Part shown: positions 52,753-64,000 of the stretch, piece by piece | Numbering within the stretch: the stretch's first letter is position 1 | Layout: each line of letters begins with the position of its first letter | Origin: Octopus vulgaris | Taxonomy: Eukaryota | Direction of reading: 5' to 3' | NCBI GenBank assembly: GCA_951406725.2 | Contig: OX597823.1 | Coordinates: forward strand, 103,044,001-103,108,000 | Length of the DNA: 64,000 nt | Position numbers and translations under genes: made by a program | Notes under the pieces: model-generated | Told to the model about the DNA's origin: nothing | Seen by the model: the letters and a program-made list of their open reading frames with translations, nothing else | The model's database searches: none

Positions 52753-53056
52753 TGTGGTAAGTAGCTTGTTTACCAACCACATGGTTCCGGGTTCAATCCC
52801 ACTGCGTGGCACCTTGGGCAAGTGTCTTCTGCTATAGCCCCGGGGCTATAGCAGATGGAAACTGAAAGAAGCCTGTCGTATATGTGTGTGTTTGTCCCCC
52901 TAGCATTGCTTGACAACCGATGCTGGTGTGTTTACGTCCCCGTCACTAGCGGTTCGGCAAAGGACACCGATAGAATAAGTCCCGGGGTCGATTTGCTCGA
53001 CTAAAGGCGGTGCTCCAGCATGGCCGCAGTCAAATGACTGAAACAAGTAAAGAGTA
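52752..53056 (+). mobile_element. SINE family C with an internal palindromic rearrangement and a deletion
   Basis: Matches 56826-57205 except at 52842-52855 and for a deletion between AATAAGT repeats. Confidence 0.9.
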
Positions 53057-53159
53057 CATGCATTCGTTCACTTAACATCCTTACATTTTTGGCAAATATC
53101 TATTAATAAGCATTGAAATCCATATGGTTTTCAGCAACAGTTTTGTGACTATATACATA

Positions 53160-53552
53160 TTAGCAGTATAGCCCGGCGTTGCTCGGGTTTGTTTCGACCC
53201 TTTAGAATTGGAATTTTTGAAAAGTAAAAAATGTGCATTATGTAGCTTGTTATTCTCTTTAAGTGAACATTTTTCTGGCTGAAATACACCGAAAAATGGT
53301 GACACAGCAGTAAAAAAATCGAAAAAATAGGGATTTTCATAGAAAAAAAAAGCACCTTTTTGATGTAAATAAGTTTTGGTGTTAACATGGTCCGATTTGA
53401 ATTTTTTCTTCTACGGAAGGAAGAGCAAGCCTTCTTCTATCATACTCTCAATTTTGGTCAACTTGCACCGCAGGGTCTCGGAGGAGATAGTGTTAGTTGA
53501 AGGCTACCAAACCTGCCACACACAGACAACTTCAGCTTTATAGAGAGAGAGA
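53160..53552 (-). mobile_element. Non-autonomous Helitron-type element (second copy)
   Basis: Reverse complement of 43200-43583; CCCGAGCAACGCCGGG hairpin, CTAA|T end. Confidence 0.85.
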
Positions 53553-54007
53553 TTTTGGATCACTTAAAAAGTTATCTGAAGAGAGAAAAATCACTTAGAT
53601 TTTAAAATAATATATATTATTGCTTGTACTTCTGCCCTCCCTTAGCTCCTCGTTTTTTTTTTTCTGTAAAATATATTGCTGAGAACTTGCGACCAATTCT
53701 CTCTCTCACAGAAAACTTTCCTTTCGATGCGAAAGTGAGGCTGCACCAAACTCGGTCTTGCAGTTGTTACGATGAGTAAGCTTTTTGTAATGTTGGAAAT
53801 TGGTTAACTGATTCCTCCTTCTCTGCGAGATGAGGATGAAATGCTATTTCGAATGAAAGTGAATTTCACTAGACTACTTCACAGTAGATTAAATGCTTAG
53901 TGGGGTGATGCGTTTTATATCGCGAAAACTATTGAAAAACGCTCACGGAATTGTACACCTTTGGTATATATATATATATATATGTATGTGTGCATATATA
54001 TATATTA

Positions 54008-54170
54008 TTGTCTTTATTGCCCACAAGGGGATAAACATAGCGGGGACAAACAAGGATAGACAAAGGGATTAAGTCAATTACATCTACCCCAGTGTGTAAC
54101 TGGTACTTAATTTATCGACCCCGAAAGGATAAAGGCAAAGTCAACTTCGGCGGAATTTGAACTCAGAACA
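54008..54170 (-). mobile_element. SINE family N, truncated, within (TA)n
   Basis: Matches 2982-3215. Confidence 0.85.
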
Positions 54171-55083
54171 TATATATATACATACACACACACCGATGTG
54201 TGCGTTAGTTAGTGGTTAGGTTTGATCAAGTAGACCTATGATCGAAGACATCGTTACTGTGACAATCTCGTCTTTTTTTTTTTTTCAGGCATATTTAGGA
54301 CTACGTTACGTAACATGTTTTTCTTAAGACAACTGGACATTATTTGCAAGACAGTTTGGCTGCTCGAGTGCCCACGTAAAAGCTTTTTAGTTGGATCGTC
54401 CCGTGACGTGGGGGGGGGGGGGTAATAAAAGCTTTCGTGTTTTAGGTTTGCCTTTTCTTCATACGCAAATGTTCAGTAGACATTTGATAGAATACGCAAA
54501 ATTAAGAAATGCTTTGTTAAAATGTTTAGATACTGTCTTAAACGAACACACAAACTTTTGGTATAGTAATATAAATGAATTGATATTTAGTTTGAAATGT
54601 TATTTGAATTTAACTCTGCCATGTGTAAGAAGATTGTTTTCCTTTGATAAACACCCTCCTTGCACGTGTTGTTTTCGTTGACACTGTTTTTATAAAATAC
54701 GGTTACTGACAGATAACCAAAGTTTTATCGTCACAACAAAAAATCGTTCAATCACATAGAAATTTTATCTGACTGGGTTACACTTGTCTTACATCCCGTT
54801 GACGGTTACATATTGACAGTTTCTGGACGCCCGTCCCCTCTACTTGAGCAACGGTGATGCACTATGCTCCTTTCATTTGTCAGGTGATCACGTTACCAAT
54901 TTCATTTAATGGTCATTTATCTACCTAGAAATAGCAGCCAAAAGTTTGTCACACTCTACCGCTTTAAACAAAGAAGAAAAAACGGCATGTTGGTTAATGG
55001 TGTCTGAGATAACTATGTCTGAAAATTAGTAATCTTGGTTTCTAATGTAATTTCATTTACTTCTAGGTTGCTTTGTAGAAATA

Positions 55084-56316
55084 CAGGGTGTCCACAAAAA
55101 CACTCCCTGGTTTCATGACGCTATGATATCTAACGTAATTCAAATACATTGATAAATATGGTGTCCCCTAATTCCCTAACAATAATACTTCCTTTTATTT
55201 TCAGGTGACTTACCATCTTTGACGTGAACGCAAGGATATCCAAGATGGCCGCCACCCCACAGCAACGCAGCTGGTTTGCTCTGGAATTTGAAAGTACAGA
55301 GAGTGTTGTGACCGTGCAACGTGCTTTCAAACTCAAATACCATGTGAATCCACCTACACCCAAGTTCATTCGGAAATGGCACGACGATTTTATTGAGAAT
55401 GGATGAATCTGTGATTGGAGAAAGGAACATTCAGGCTGACCACTTGTCTCAGAGGAAGTTGTTGATCAAGTTAGAGGAGTATTTTTGCACAGGCCCAAGA
55501 CGTCCGTACACAGAGCTAACTAAGAGTTACAGGTTCCTATAAGCACAGATCTTACATGCCTACAGTTTCACCCTTACAAGCTGCACTTAGTCCAAAACCT
55601 ACACCTGGAAGACGATGTGAATTGAATTTTGTACAAATCTGCAGGCATTAATGGAAAATGATGACAACCTGCTGTCGAAGATCATTTTCAGTGATGAGGC
55701 GACATTCCACTTCAGGTCAATAAGTACAATTTGAAGATACAGGGGAGTGAAAATCCATATGCGACCCTGGAAACTGATTAAGACTCACCCAAACTTAATC
55801 TGTTTTGTGCTGTCAAAGCAGACTGTATATGGCCCTTTCTTCGTTGATGAATGAATTGTTTCTGGTTAAAGTAACCTGGAGATACAAAGCAATTGGATGT
55901 TTCCATGCTGAGGGTGGTGATCACTTTTTTCAGCAAGATGGTGCACTGCCATCTCCCTGTCAGGAGATTTCTCAATGAGCATATACCAAACAGATGTTAT
56001 TGGTCATGCTGGAAATGATGTCAAGATGTTCTGCAAGTGGCCCGTGAGGTCACCAGACCTAACTGTTTGTGACCTCTTTCTTTGAGGATACATAAAGACC
56101 GAAGTTTACATACCCACACTTCCTGCAACCTTGGATAAGTTAATAAATTGTATCACTGAAGCACTTCGCATGATCACTCTGGGTATGCTGCAGAGAGTCT
56201 TGACTGGGAGAGATTATCGCATCAAGTAACAAGAGAGGTGTAGCTACTAATTGAAAGAATATTACAATAAAGTTACATATTATATCTATTTGAAATCTGG
56301 GAGTGTGGACACCCTG
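55084..56316 (+). mobile_element. Full-length Tc1/mariner-superfamily transposon (DUF4817-type HTH, rosa/DD41D-like), pseudogenised
   Basis: TA|CAGGGTGTCCAC ... GTGGACACCCTG|TA. Motifs MAATPQQRSWFALEF..TESVVTVQRAF, IIFSDEATFH, FFQQDGA, WPVRSPDLTVCDLFL*GYIKD, with stops and frameshifts. Subfamily is inference. Confidence 0.9.
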
Positions 56317-56825
56317 TATATAAATCGACCTTGGTACTTGATTGGTACTCTATTTTGTCCAAGAAAGATAGCAAAATTAATTTGGGGGTGTAAAGGGCTG
56401 TAATTATATATGTTCAACATATTGTCTGACACAGTTCTGTCAAGCCACCGTTTGTCACTCTTAGAATGCTTTTATATTCAACAACTCCTAATTCTCTAGT
56501 CATCATATGGATGCAATGATGTTTCTTTCCATAGCCTAAATCTTTTGAAGCATGTCATCAAAATAGAGTAACTCGACTTGTTTTAATATCTAAAGCAATA
56601 TTCATTCTATTTAGTAAACTTCCTTTGGATACTTTGTTACGTCCCTTTGACACTCAGAATTCAAATCCTGTTTTCTGGTGGGAGGTGTGGTGACCAAGTA
56701 AATATTTGTCAAATACTGCATATAATCCTTCCAAGTTCAATTTTGTCTTTCATCATCCTTCAGAGTCAATACAAAATAAAGCACCAGTCAAGTGCTGAGG
56801 TCAATTTAATATTTTCTATAACATA

Positions 56826-57205
56826 GGCGCAGGAGTGGCTGTGTGGTAAGTAGCTTGTTTACCAACCACATGGTTCCGGGTTCAGTCCCACTGTGTGGCA
56901 CCTTGGGCAAGTGTCTTCTACTATAGCCTTGGGCCGACCAAAGCCTTGTGAGTGGATTTGGTTGATGGAAACTGAAAGAAGCCTGTCATATATATGTATG
57001 TTTGTGTGTCTGTGTTTGTTCCCCTAGCATTGCTTGACAACCGATGCTGGTGTGTTTATGTCCCCATCACTTAGCGGTTCGGCAAAAGAGACCGATAGAA
57101 TAAGTACTGGGCTTGCAAAGAATAAGTCCCGAGGTTGAGTTGCTCGATTAAAAGGCGGTGCTCCTGCATGGCCTCAGTCAAATGACTGAAACAAGTAAAA
57201 GAGTA
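56826..57205 (+). mobile_element. SINE family C, full-length reference copy
   Basis: tRNA-like head TGGCTGTGTGGTAAG...GGTTCAGTCCC, then CCTTGGGCAAGTG, and an AAGTAAAAGAGTA tail. Confidence 0.9.
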
Positions 57206-58729
57206 TATGCTCAATATGAATCAAATTATAGTAGAAGACAAAGTCTATTCTTCCAACAAAATGTATAGCACTGAAGATTCTTTAATATCCTCTTATTTTA
57301 TTATTAGAGTGATTGGTTACAGAATCAGTAGATGTTTATGTATATCAGAGATTATGTTTGCTTGCGTTCTAATTCAAATCATATTGAGTTCGACTTTCTT
57401 TCACTCATCTAGGATCCAGTAATTTTCAATAATATACCTTGAGTGCAAATCAGTTGACTATTCCCATCTTTTATAAATTTGTGGTCTCAGCCAATGTAAG
57501 AAACAGTTACACTGCAGACTGATTTTGTTGGTTTGTTTTACTTAATTGATAATGTGTGTTAATTTCTTGTCAGGATTTCCACTTTACTCTCAGTTTGAAC
57601 CCAGGTTAAAAAACATTTTCCTGTCGGAACACAATGACACACATAACAACTGAGTAGAGTCGTCCATCTAAAACAGGAATGGGTGACCTCTTTTTGAAAA
57701 CCAGGCCACATAAGACATGACTCAGTATCAGGTGAGATGCACTGTCAAAAAAAGTACCTATCTTTAAAAATAAGTATTAAGCTCAATCTGTTCAATGCAA
57801 TGTTCCAATATGGCCACAGTCCAGTGGCCGGAACAAATAAAAGATGAAAGTGATATTTCGACTTTTAATTACAGGTATGCTTAGCCCCAAGTCAACTTTA
57901 AACAGACTTGACCATTGCACCTGTTTTCTGAAAGTTATCTTTACTTCGTTGTATTTTTGACTTCGTCTTTACACCACAATTGAGACATTGTCAAACTACC
58001 GTGGGAGAGGTGCAGCAAAAGTAAGAAGTGTCACCTTTTCTTTTGAATTTATAATTTTAGGGGAAATGGAAATGCCCTTTTCAAGAGTGTTTCTGTGATA
58101 AGTAAGGTTAAATAACTTCAACCAAGAATACTATCAGATGTTTCAATTCACTTTATTTTGACTTGACCACAAATATTACAAATGTAAAACAGCCAAAGCA
58201 GTGAATAAAACATGATTGCAGGTCCAAGACAGGGGCTAAAATTAGTGTCAAAACATCAAAGAATCCTTGCAATTCTCATAATTGGAAACAACAGCAAAAA
58301 CTAATTAAAAAAAGTATGAGCAAAATTTTTATCTACATACAAGATGGGAGCTAGAATCCTCTTTCTAAATAGCATTTATATGATCAGCACAGGTATTACA
58401 TGATTCAGTGAGCTACTTGGATTTGACAGTTTCACATTTGTTGTCAGAGATAATTTGGATTTTTTTACTAAGTTGTTTCTCATGAGGTGGCCACTTCTAA
58501 AATTTGTTTTTGTGAATGAATATCTGGTAAATTTTTGTACTATAATATCATTTGCTGACATTAGATTTTTAGAAAATCTTAAATTTATTGCTGATTATGT
58601 GAATTTTAATGTGTTTTGCTTTTGTCTAAGTTTAAACTCAGTGAAAATGCATCTCAAGCTGTCAAAAATATCGATATTACATTTGGGTTGGTAACTTGCA
58701 CTGCAAGAATATTAAGATGGTTCAGTAAA

Positions 58730-59290
58730 TTTGGATGTGGAGACAGGACCATGGATGCCCTCCATTGTGGTCAATGATGAAAACATAATCACCTGTAACA
58801 CAAAAAAATATAGGTTTTTTATGACATCAGGAAAAGATCTCGACAACGAAATGCTGAAGAGTTGCCTGATCATGCTCCAAAATTCGCTTTACACACCCGG
58901 AAGCAAGGATTACTGTTTGGTGGTACTGTCAAGGAATCGTTCATTATTCATTTCTGCAATCAGGAGAAACAGTAGCATTCTAATCTTACTGCCAGCAAAT
59001 GAGGAAATGAACTCCAAATTAGCCAGGGAAGAGGTAACGTTAATAAATAGACAAGGGCCTATACTCTTGTGTGACCATGCCAGACCTCCCCCGACTAAAG
59101 TAGAATAGCAGTAGCTTAATTGTCAAATATTGGATCATCATTTATTTTGTCGCCTTGAGCTTTTCATCTGACATTTAAAATATGCAAAGAAGAAATAATG
59201 ATGCCATTTGAACCAGTTTCTCGAAGAAGGAATATATAGTCTTGCAAGGCAATAGAAAAATGTTAGAGCCTATTTTGATTCGTAAATAGT
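58730..59290 (+). mobile_element. Mariner catalytic-domain fragment, strongly decayed
   Basis: IVVNDEN (IVTCDEK) and EEMNSKL...LINRQGPILLCDHARP (LVNRKGPILLHDNARPH). Confidence 0.75.
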
Positions 59291-59701
59291 TTTTATTCAT
59301 TTATAAGTGGCTCCATGCTAGGACATCGCCTTCAAAGGTTTTTGTTATATATCAGATCTAGTGCTCAGTCATGTGGCACTCATTTTATAGAAGCGGTTAG
59401 CGGACCAGAATCATATTTGTTTAGAGAGTTACGTTTTTTTAGTCTTAAATCAAGGTATTTCCATTGGTGTTTATAAACACACATATATAAACTTGGGCGT
59501 GGCTAAGAAGTTATCTTCACAACCATGTGATTTTGGACCCAGTCTCTCTGGGCAGCAGCACAGGCCGGTGTCTTCTAGTACAGATTTCAACTGACCAAAG
59601 CCTTGTGAGTAGATTTGGTTGACAGGAATTGGTAAAGCTATGCATGTTCAGGTCTCCTTGTTTTGACATTCTGTGCTTCTCTTAAATGAGCATCAGTCAT
59701 A

Positions 59702-59781
59702 GTGTTGTTTGCAGTCTTCCATGAAAACATGTCTGGCCATTGTGTTGTTTGCAGTCTTCCATGAAAACATGTCTGGCCATT
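59702..59781. repeat. Perfect 40-bp tandem duplication
   Basis: GTGTTGTTTGCAGTCTTCCATGAAAACATGTCTGGCCATT twice. Confidence 0.95.
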
Positions 59782-60229
59782 GTGCTGTTTGTGTTCAGGA
59801 AAATTTGCCTCAACAAATTTTGTCTGACCTGTACAAGCATCAAAAAGTGGACATTAACACAAAGACAATGATTGTTGCTGAGTAACTCTAAGCCCATCCA
59901 TGGCTTACCAGTAGCTAATCAATCAGTGCATTTAATCCATGTTTGTATTTATGGCCATTTCATTTTCATTGTAGATCATGGTGTCCAAAGATAATGAATA
60001 TATATATTCCTTTCGTAAATGTAGGAAATTTATTAAGAAGGAATAAGTAAATACATCAAAGTTAAAACTTTGGTCTAAAGTCTAAAATTGTAACTTTGAT
60101 GTTGTTTAGCTTAATTTTGGAATTTGTTGATCCTCGTTTTATTTGTAGAAAACCAATTGATAGAAATTTGAAGGGGAATCAATTTTGACATTGCATGCTT
60201 TACAAATAAAACATGCAATGAAAATATAC

Positions 60230-60500
60230 ACTGTATATCTTGATGCTATGAAAACACTAGAGGTGGTGAAACAAATTCAAGAAAGATGATTTTTAATTTC
60301 TCTAATAAACATTAATTAGGAAGACCAATTACCCTATTCTTAATAATACAATGAAAGCAGCCATTGATGAGGATCTATATCCATTAAAGTGTTGGAGACA
60401 TGCTGGAAATTTAATGAATCTTGGTCCACTGTTAAAGATCATCATTTAAAGTAAAATTGGAAAATAGTTTAGAAAAAGGACTTGGATACTTTATGAATTG
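60230..60500 (+). mobile_element. Mariner N-terminal fragment, strongly decayed
   Basis: RW*NKFKKDDFNFSNK..LGRP...KAAIDED remnants. Confidence 0.5.
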
Positions 60501-60599
60501 TTCCGCAAGAATAAAGCTTTGTATTCAGCAATATGCCATATTTTATTAAACAGGAACGTAAAAACACTTCCAAACTGAATCTGTAACACAGTTCCAATT

Positions 60600-61510
60600 T
60601 ACATGTAATTCATGTAACATCCTAAGTTCTGTTATGTCACCTACACTCTTCTTTGTATGATATTGACTCTTACTATTCTGACCACATGTTCCTGTAAAGA
60701 TGATACAGCTTTCCATTCTCCTTTAACCTTCTAGACATAGGCATCCTTCTCATGTAACTCCTGAAAGCCATACCAAACCTGCATTTTGTCCATGAACAGA
60801 CATCTTGAAAACATCTTCCGCAACTTGGTCTCTCATAGCACAAAGCCAAATTCATTACGCACTTCCAGGAAACAGCATTACACCACCCCTATTCACAAGC
60901 AAGTAAATCAATCAAAATTACTGGGAAAGTTAGAACCTACCATTATAGACGGTCTCAGTGCAACTTCATTTAACTTTGCCAAAGGACTTGGCTTCTTCTG
61001 AGTCATAAAATACTTCAGCCCTGATTGTTGACTCTACAAAACAAATGTAATCAACACTGGAGTGCTGCTTACATATCTAGGTTACAGCTACTGTTATACA
61101 CTTTCAAGAAGATTCTTGACACTATCCAACTGTTAAGCGAAAATTTCACTCAACAACATGCTGTAATTACTGGCTTAGGACATGGTACTCCTTCAGTGTC
61201 TCTTCAACCATTTTTACAATGGCATATAAACCAGGTAGCTGTAGATTACCTCCATTCAAATACACCTGTTTCTTTTATTGTCGTCTTTAACAGTGTATCT
61301 TCACAGATCTTGTGCTGAATGCTTTTCTCAGTCATTACTTCGAGCTGCAGTCCTCTGCATACTATTCCTTCCCAGACTACGTCTTTTTTCAGTGACCAGT
61401 CGGGGGAAGATCTACAATTGTTATCAGTGATTCCTCTCCTCTTCTGTCTAATTAGTAAAAGTAAATTTAATAAATCTGTTTCTCTATTGAAATCAACAGA
61501 TCAGTGAGCC
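60600..61510 (-). mobile_element. RTE-clade LINE fragment, decayed
   Basis: Reverse strand AKLNEVALRPSIMVGSN (cf. LY..CVR..MLYGSE) and RFGM/RW.GHV-like remnants. Confidence 0.55.
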
Positions 61511-61598
61511 ATTGATGCCAACCACTGATCAATAATGAAGCATTTCGTTTGTTGAAATGTTACAGAATTACATAAAACTGATTTATTTCACTTAATTA

Positions 61599-62079
61599 CC
61601 ATAAATCCTCGAGTATAATACGCAGGGGATTTTTAGGGGGCTATACCTCTGAAAAACCTAAACCTTGTGTATAATACGCACCCCTTCTCTAACTTGAGTC
61701 GTGCGTAATTAAGCCAGCAGCACCTAGTTGAACAAACACTTCCACGCATGCGTAATACAATAATGGTGATGTTCTTAACTGTTATATGGGAATGTAAATA
61801 TGTTTGCAAATTGTTTTTGTTACATGTTATTCTGTGTTCTGAATACTTTTATTTTATTAGATGTTGCTTACTGCAAGTTATGGATGATTCTTTTATGACT
61901 TCACTGCTTTCAAGCTTAGCTTTAGGTATTTTCGTGCCCGACATCACAAAATGCGTCTGAATAAACATTGCCGGACAGCTAATAGAGACTCAGACATTGC
62001 TTAGAAAATATTTTTCGTTTTTAACCTCGTATATAGTATGCACTAGGGGAAAATGCGGATTATGCTCGAGGATTTACGG
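61599..62079. mobile_element. pogo/Tc2-like MITE (481 bp)
   Basis: TA|CCATAAATCCTCGAGTATAAT ... ATTATGCTCGAGGATTTACGG|TA. Confidence 0.88.
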
Positions 62080-62384
62080 TATGTATCTACTCAGCAAGGG
62101 CACCCAAGATTCCTTACAAATTGTGACCAAGAAAGGAGTGGAGATTTCAAGGAGCTGTCTTCTCTCCAGACAAAATGTTTCCCATGCAAAAAGCACTTTT
62201 TGGTGTGCAGTTCAATGTGGTAGGAAGGTTTAAATAGAAAACATGAAATATTTGCAGAAATTGGTCTAGTTTCATCCCTTAAACATACAGCATAGGCTTG
62301 CACTCAAGGTAATGCAGAAGTGAATTTTGGAAGGTAGGAAGGGCAGTAGATTACTATGGACATACAATTTACATTGTATTTTTA

Positions 62385-62567
62385 TTTGTTTCAGTCATTT
62401 GATTACGGCCTTGCTGGAGCACCGCTTTTAGTTGAACAGATCAACTCCAGGACTTATTCTTTGTAAGCCTAGTACTTATTCCTTTAGTCCCTTTTGCTGA
62501 ACTGCTAAGTTACAGGGACATAAACACACCAACATCGGTTGTGAAGCAATGGTGGAGGGGACAAACG

Positions 62568-62603
<36 letters not shown>

Positions 62604-62770
62604 GAACAGGCTTTTTTCAATTTCTGTCTACCAAATCCACTCACAAGGCTTTGGTCAGCGCAAGACAATAGTAGAAGACACTTGACCAAAGTACTGCGCA
62701 GTAGGACTGAACCTGGAACCATGTGGCTGGTAACCAAGCTACTTACCATACAGCCAACCCTGAGCCTATA
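62385..62770 (-). mobile_element. SINE family C
   Basis: Reverse-complement match to 56826-57205. Confidence 0.85.
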
Positions 62771-63127
62771 TATGTTCATATTGGTTTGAAACAAAGTTTT
62801 GTCTGGCAGAAATGAAGAGATCAAATGCGGGTAAGGTAACAAGTCAATGAAAATAATTTTCCCACTCCATTCAAATGGACTTATGACCAAAAGTATACCG
62901 ATTCTGACCATTACCATTAACAAGTTGAGTAACTGAAATTATGATCATATCTACACCAACTACATAAATAAGAAAACACAGGCTGATCTTTTCTGAGTTG
63001 TTTGTGAGAGCTGCACTATCTTGATTGTTGAAATGCAAATTGATTGGTCTGGTGTGTTAGTGAAGGGGCTTCTCATGAATTAAACAATATTTCATCATAT
63101 ATCTGTCACATTACAGAAGCATTTTAT

Positions 63128-63520
63128 TCCTATTTCTTTACTGCCCACAAGGGGCTAGACACAGAGGGGACAAACGGATTAAGTTGATTATATCGACTCC
63201 AGTGCGTGATTGGTACTTAATTTATCGACCCCAAAAGGATGAAAGGCAAAGTCGACCTTGGCGGAATTTGAACTCAGAACGTAACAGCAGATGAAATACC
63301 TATTTCTTTACTGCCCACAAGGGGCTAGAAACAGAGGGGGCAAACAAGGACAGACAAACAGATTAAGTCGATTATATCGACCCCAGTGCATAACGTACTT
63401 AATTTATCGACCTCGAAAGGATGAAAGGCAAAGTCGACCTCGGCGGAATTTGAACTCGGAATGTAACGGCAGACGAAATAATGCTAAGCATTTCGCCCAG
63501 CGTGCTAATGATTCTGCCAG
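63128..63520 (-). mobile_element. Tandem dimer of SINE family N with one TSD
   Basis: Two head-to-tail copies flanked by AGCATTTTATTCCT (63118-63131, 63519-63532). Confidence 0.88.
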
Positions 63521-63533
63521 CATTTTATTCCTG

Positions 63534-63696
63534 GGCACGTAAAAGCATCCACCACACTCTCGGAGTGGTTGGCATTAGGAAGGGCATCCAGCTGTAGAAA
63601 CTCTGCCAGATCAGATTGGAGTCTGGTTCGCCAGCCCTCAGTCAAATCGTCCAACCCATGTTAGCATGGAAAGCGGACATTAAACGATGATGATGA
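63534..63696 (+). mobile_element. SINE family G, 5' truncated
   Basis: Core and (GAT)n tail. Confidence 0.88.
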
Positions 63697-64000
63697 CATG
63701 GAATTCCATACGATAAAGTATATTTCCCTTTAACTTTTATGTAACATGAAATCAACAGAAAATATGGCTTTACAGAAATTCCAAATTGCAAAAAAGTTTT
63801 TTCTGGAACAAATACATGTGATACCTATAATTAAAACAACTGGTTCTATTAATGTCTTGTCACACTATAATCTTATATAAAGTTTAACATTTCAGTGTTT
63901 AAACTGGCCATATCAAACCCAAATATTCTGCCTGTTTTATGTCCAAACTGGCCAGATCTAGACTCTCACACCTTGCTCTTTTTCTTGTTTCAGTCATTCA

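Larger units (their letters stand above)
49500..55400. promoter_or_regulatory. CpG-retaining promoter-like region around the TSC2 5' end
   Basis: CpGs are visibly common in unique sequence here but rare in unique intron sequence (e.g. 6.0-9.9 kb). Boundaries are approximate and judged by eye. Confidence 0.5.

Noticed and set aside
43200-53552. Inverted Helitron copies as the ends of a 10-kb composite element capturing the TSC2 first exon
   Set aside because: Each copy has its own complete termini, they have diverged independently, and Helitrons do not move through inverted-repeat pairs.
56830-56900. tRNA-like sequences with A/B boxes
   Set aside because: They are SINE heads, multi-copy and fused to SINE bodies, with no complete cloverleaf.

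Overview
AT-rich, repeat-dense animal genomic DNA; the SINE families look like those of octopus (species assignment is inference). The only protein-coding gene I can support is the 5' end of a TSC2 (tuberin) orthologue on the minus strand. It has three phase-0 coding exons (51394-51531, 18900-18986, 556-663) that splice in frame into 111 aa aligning with the human tuberin N-terminus, separated by introns of 32,407 and 18,236 bp. The gene continues beyond the left edge. Most of the rest is transposon debris: several SINE families, RTE-clade LINE fragments, Tc1/mariner fossils, TTAA-flanked piggyBac-type MITEs, a pogo-like MITE, two Helitron-type elements, and micro/minisatellites. The most interesting unexplained structure is the TSC2 leader: an in-frame 33-codon uORF separated from the CDS by a single UGA, plus an out-of-frame uORF that starts in an AUGA stop-start overlap and runs into the CDS. 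It lies in a CpG-retaining region that may be a bidirectional promoter. No CRISPR, rRNA, bona fide tRNA or intact transposase was found.
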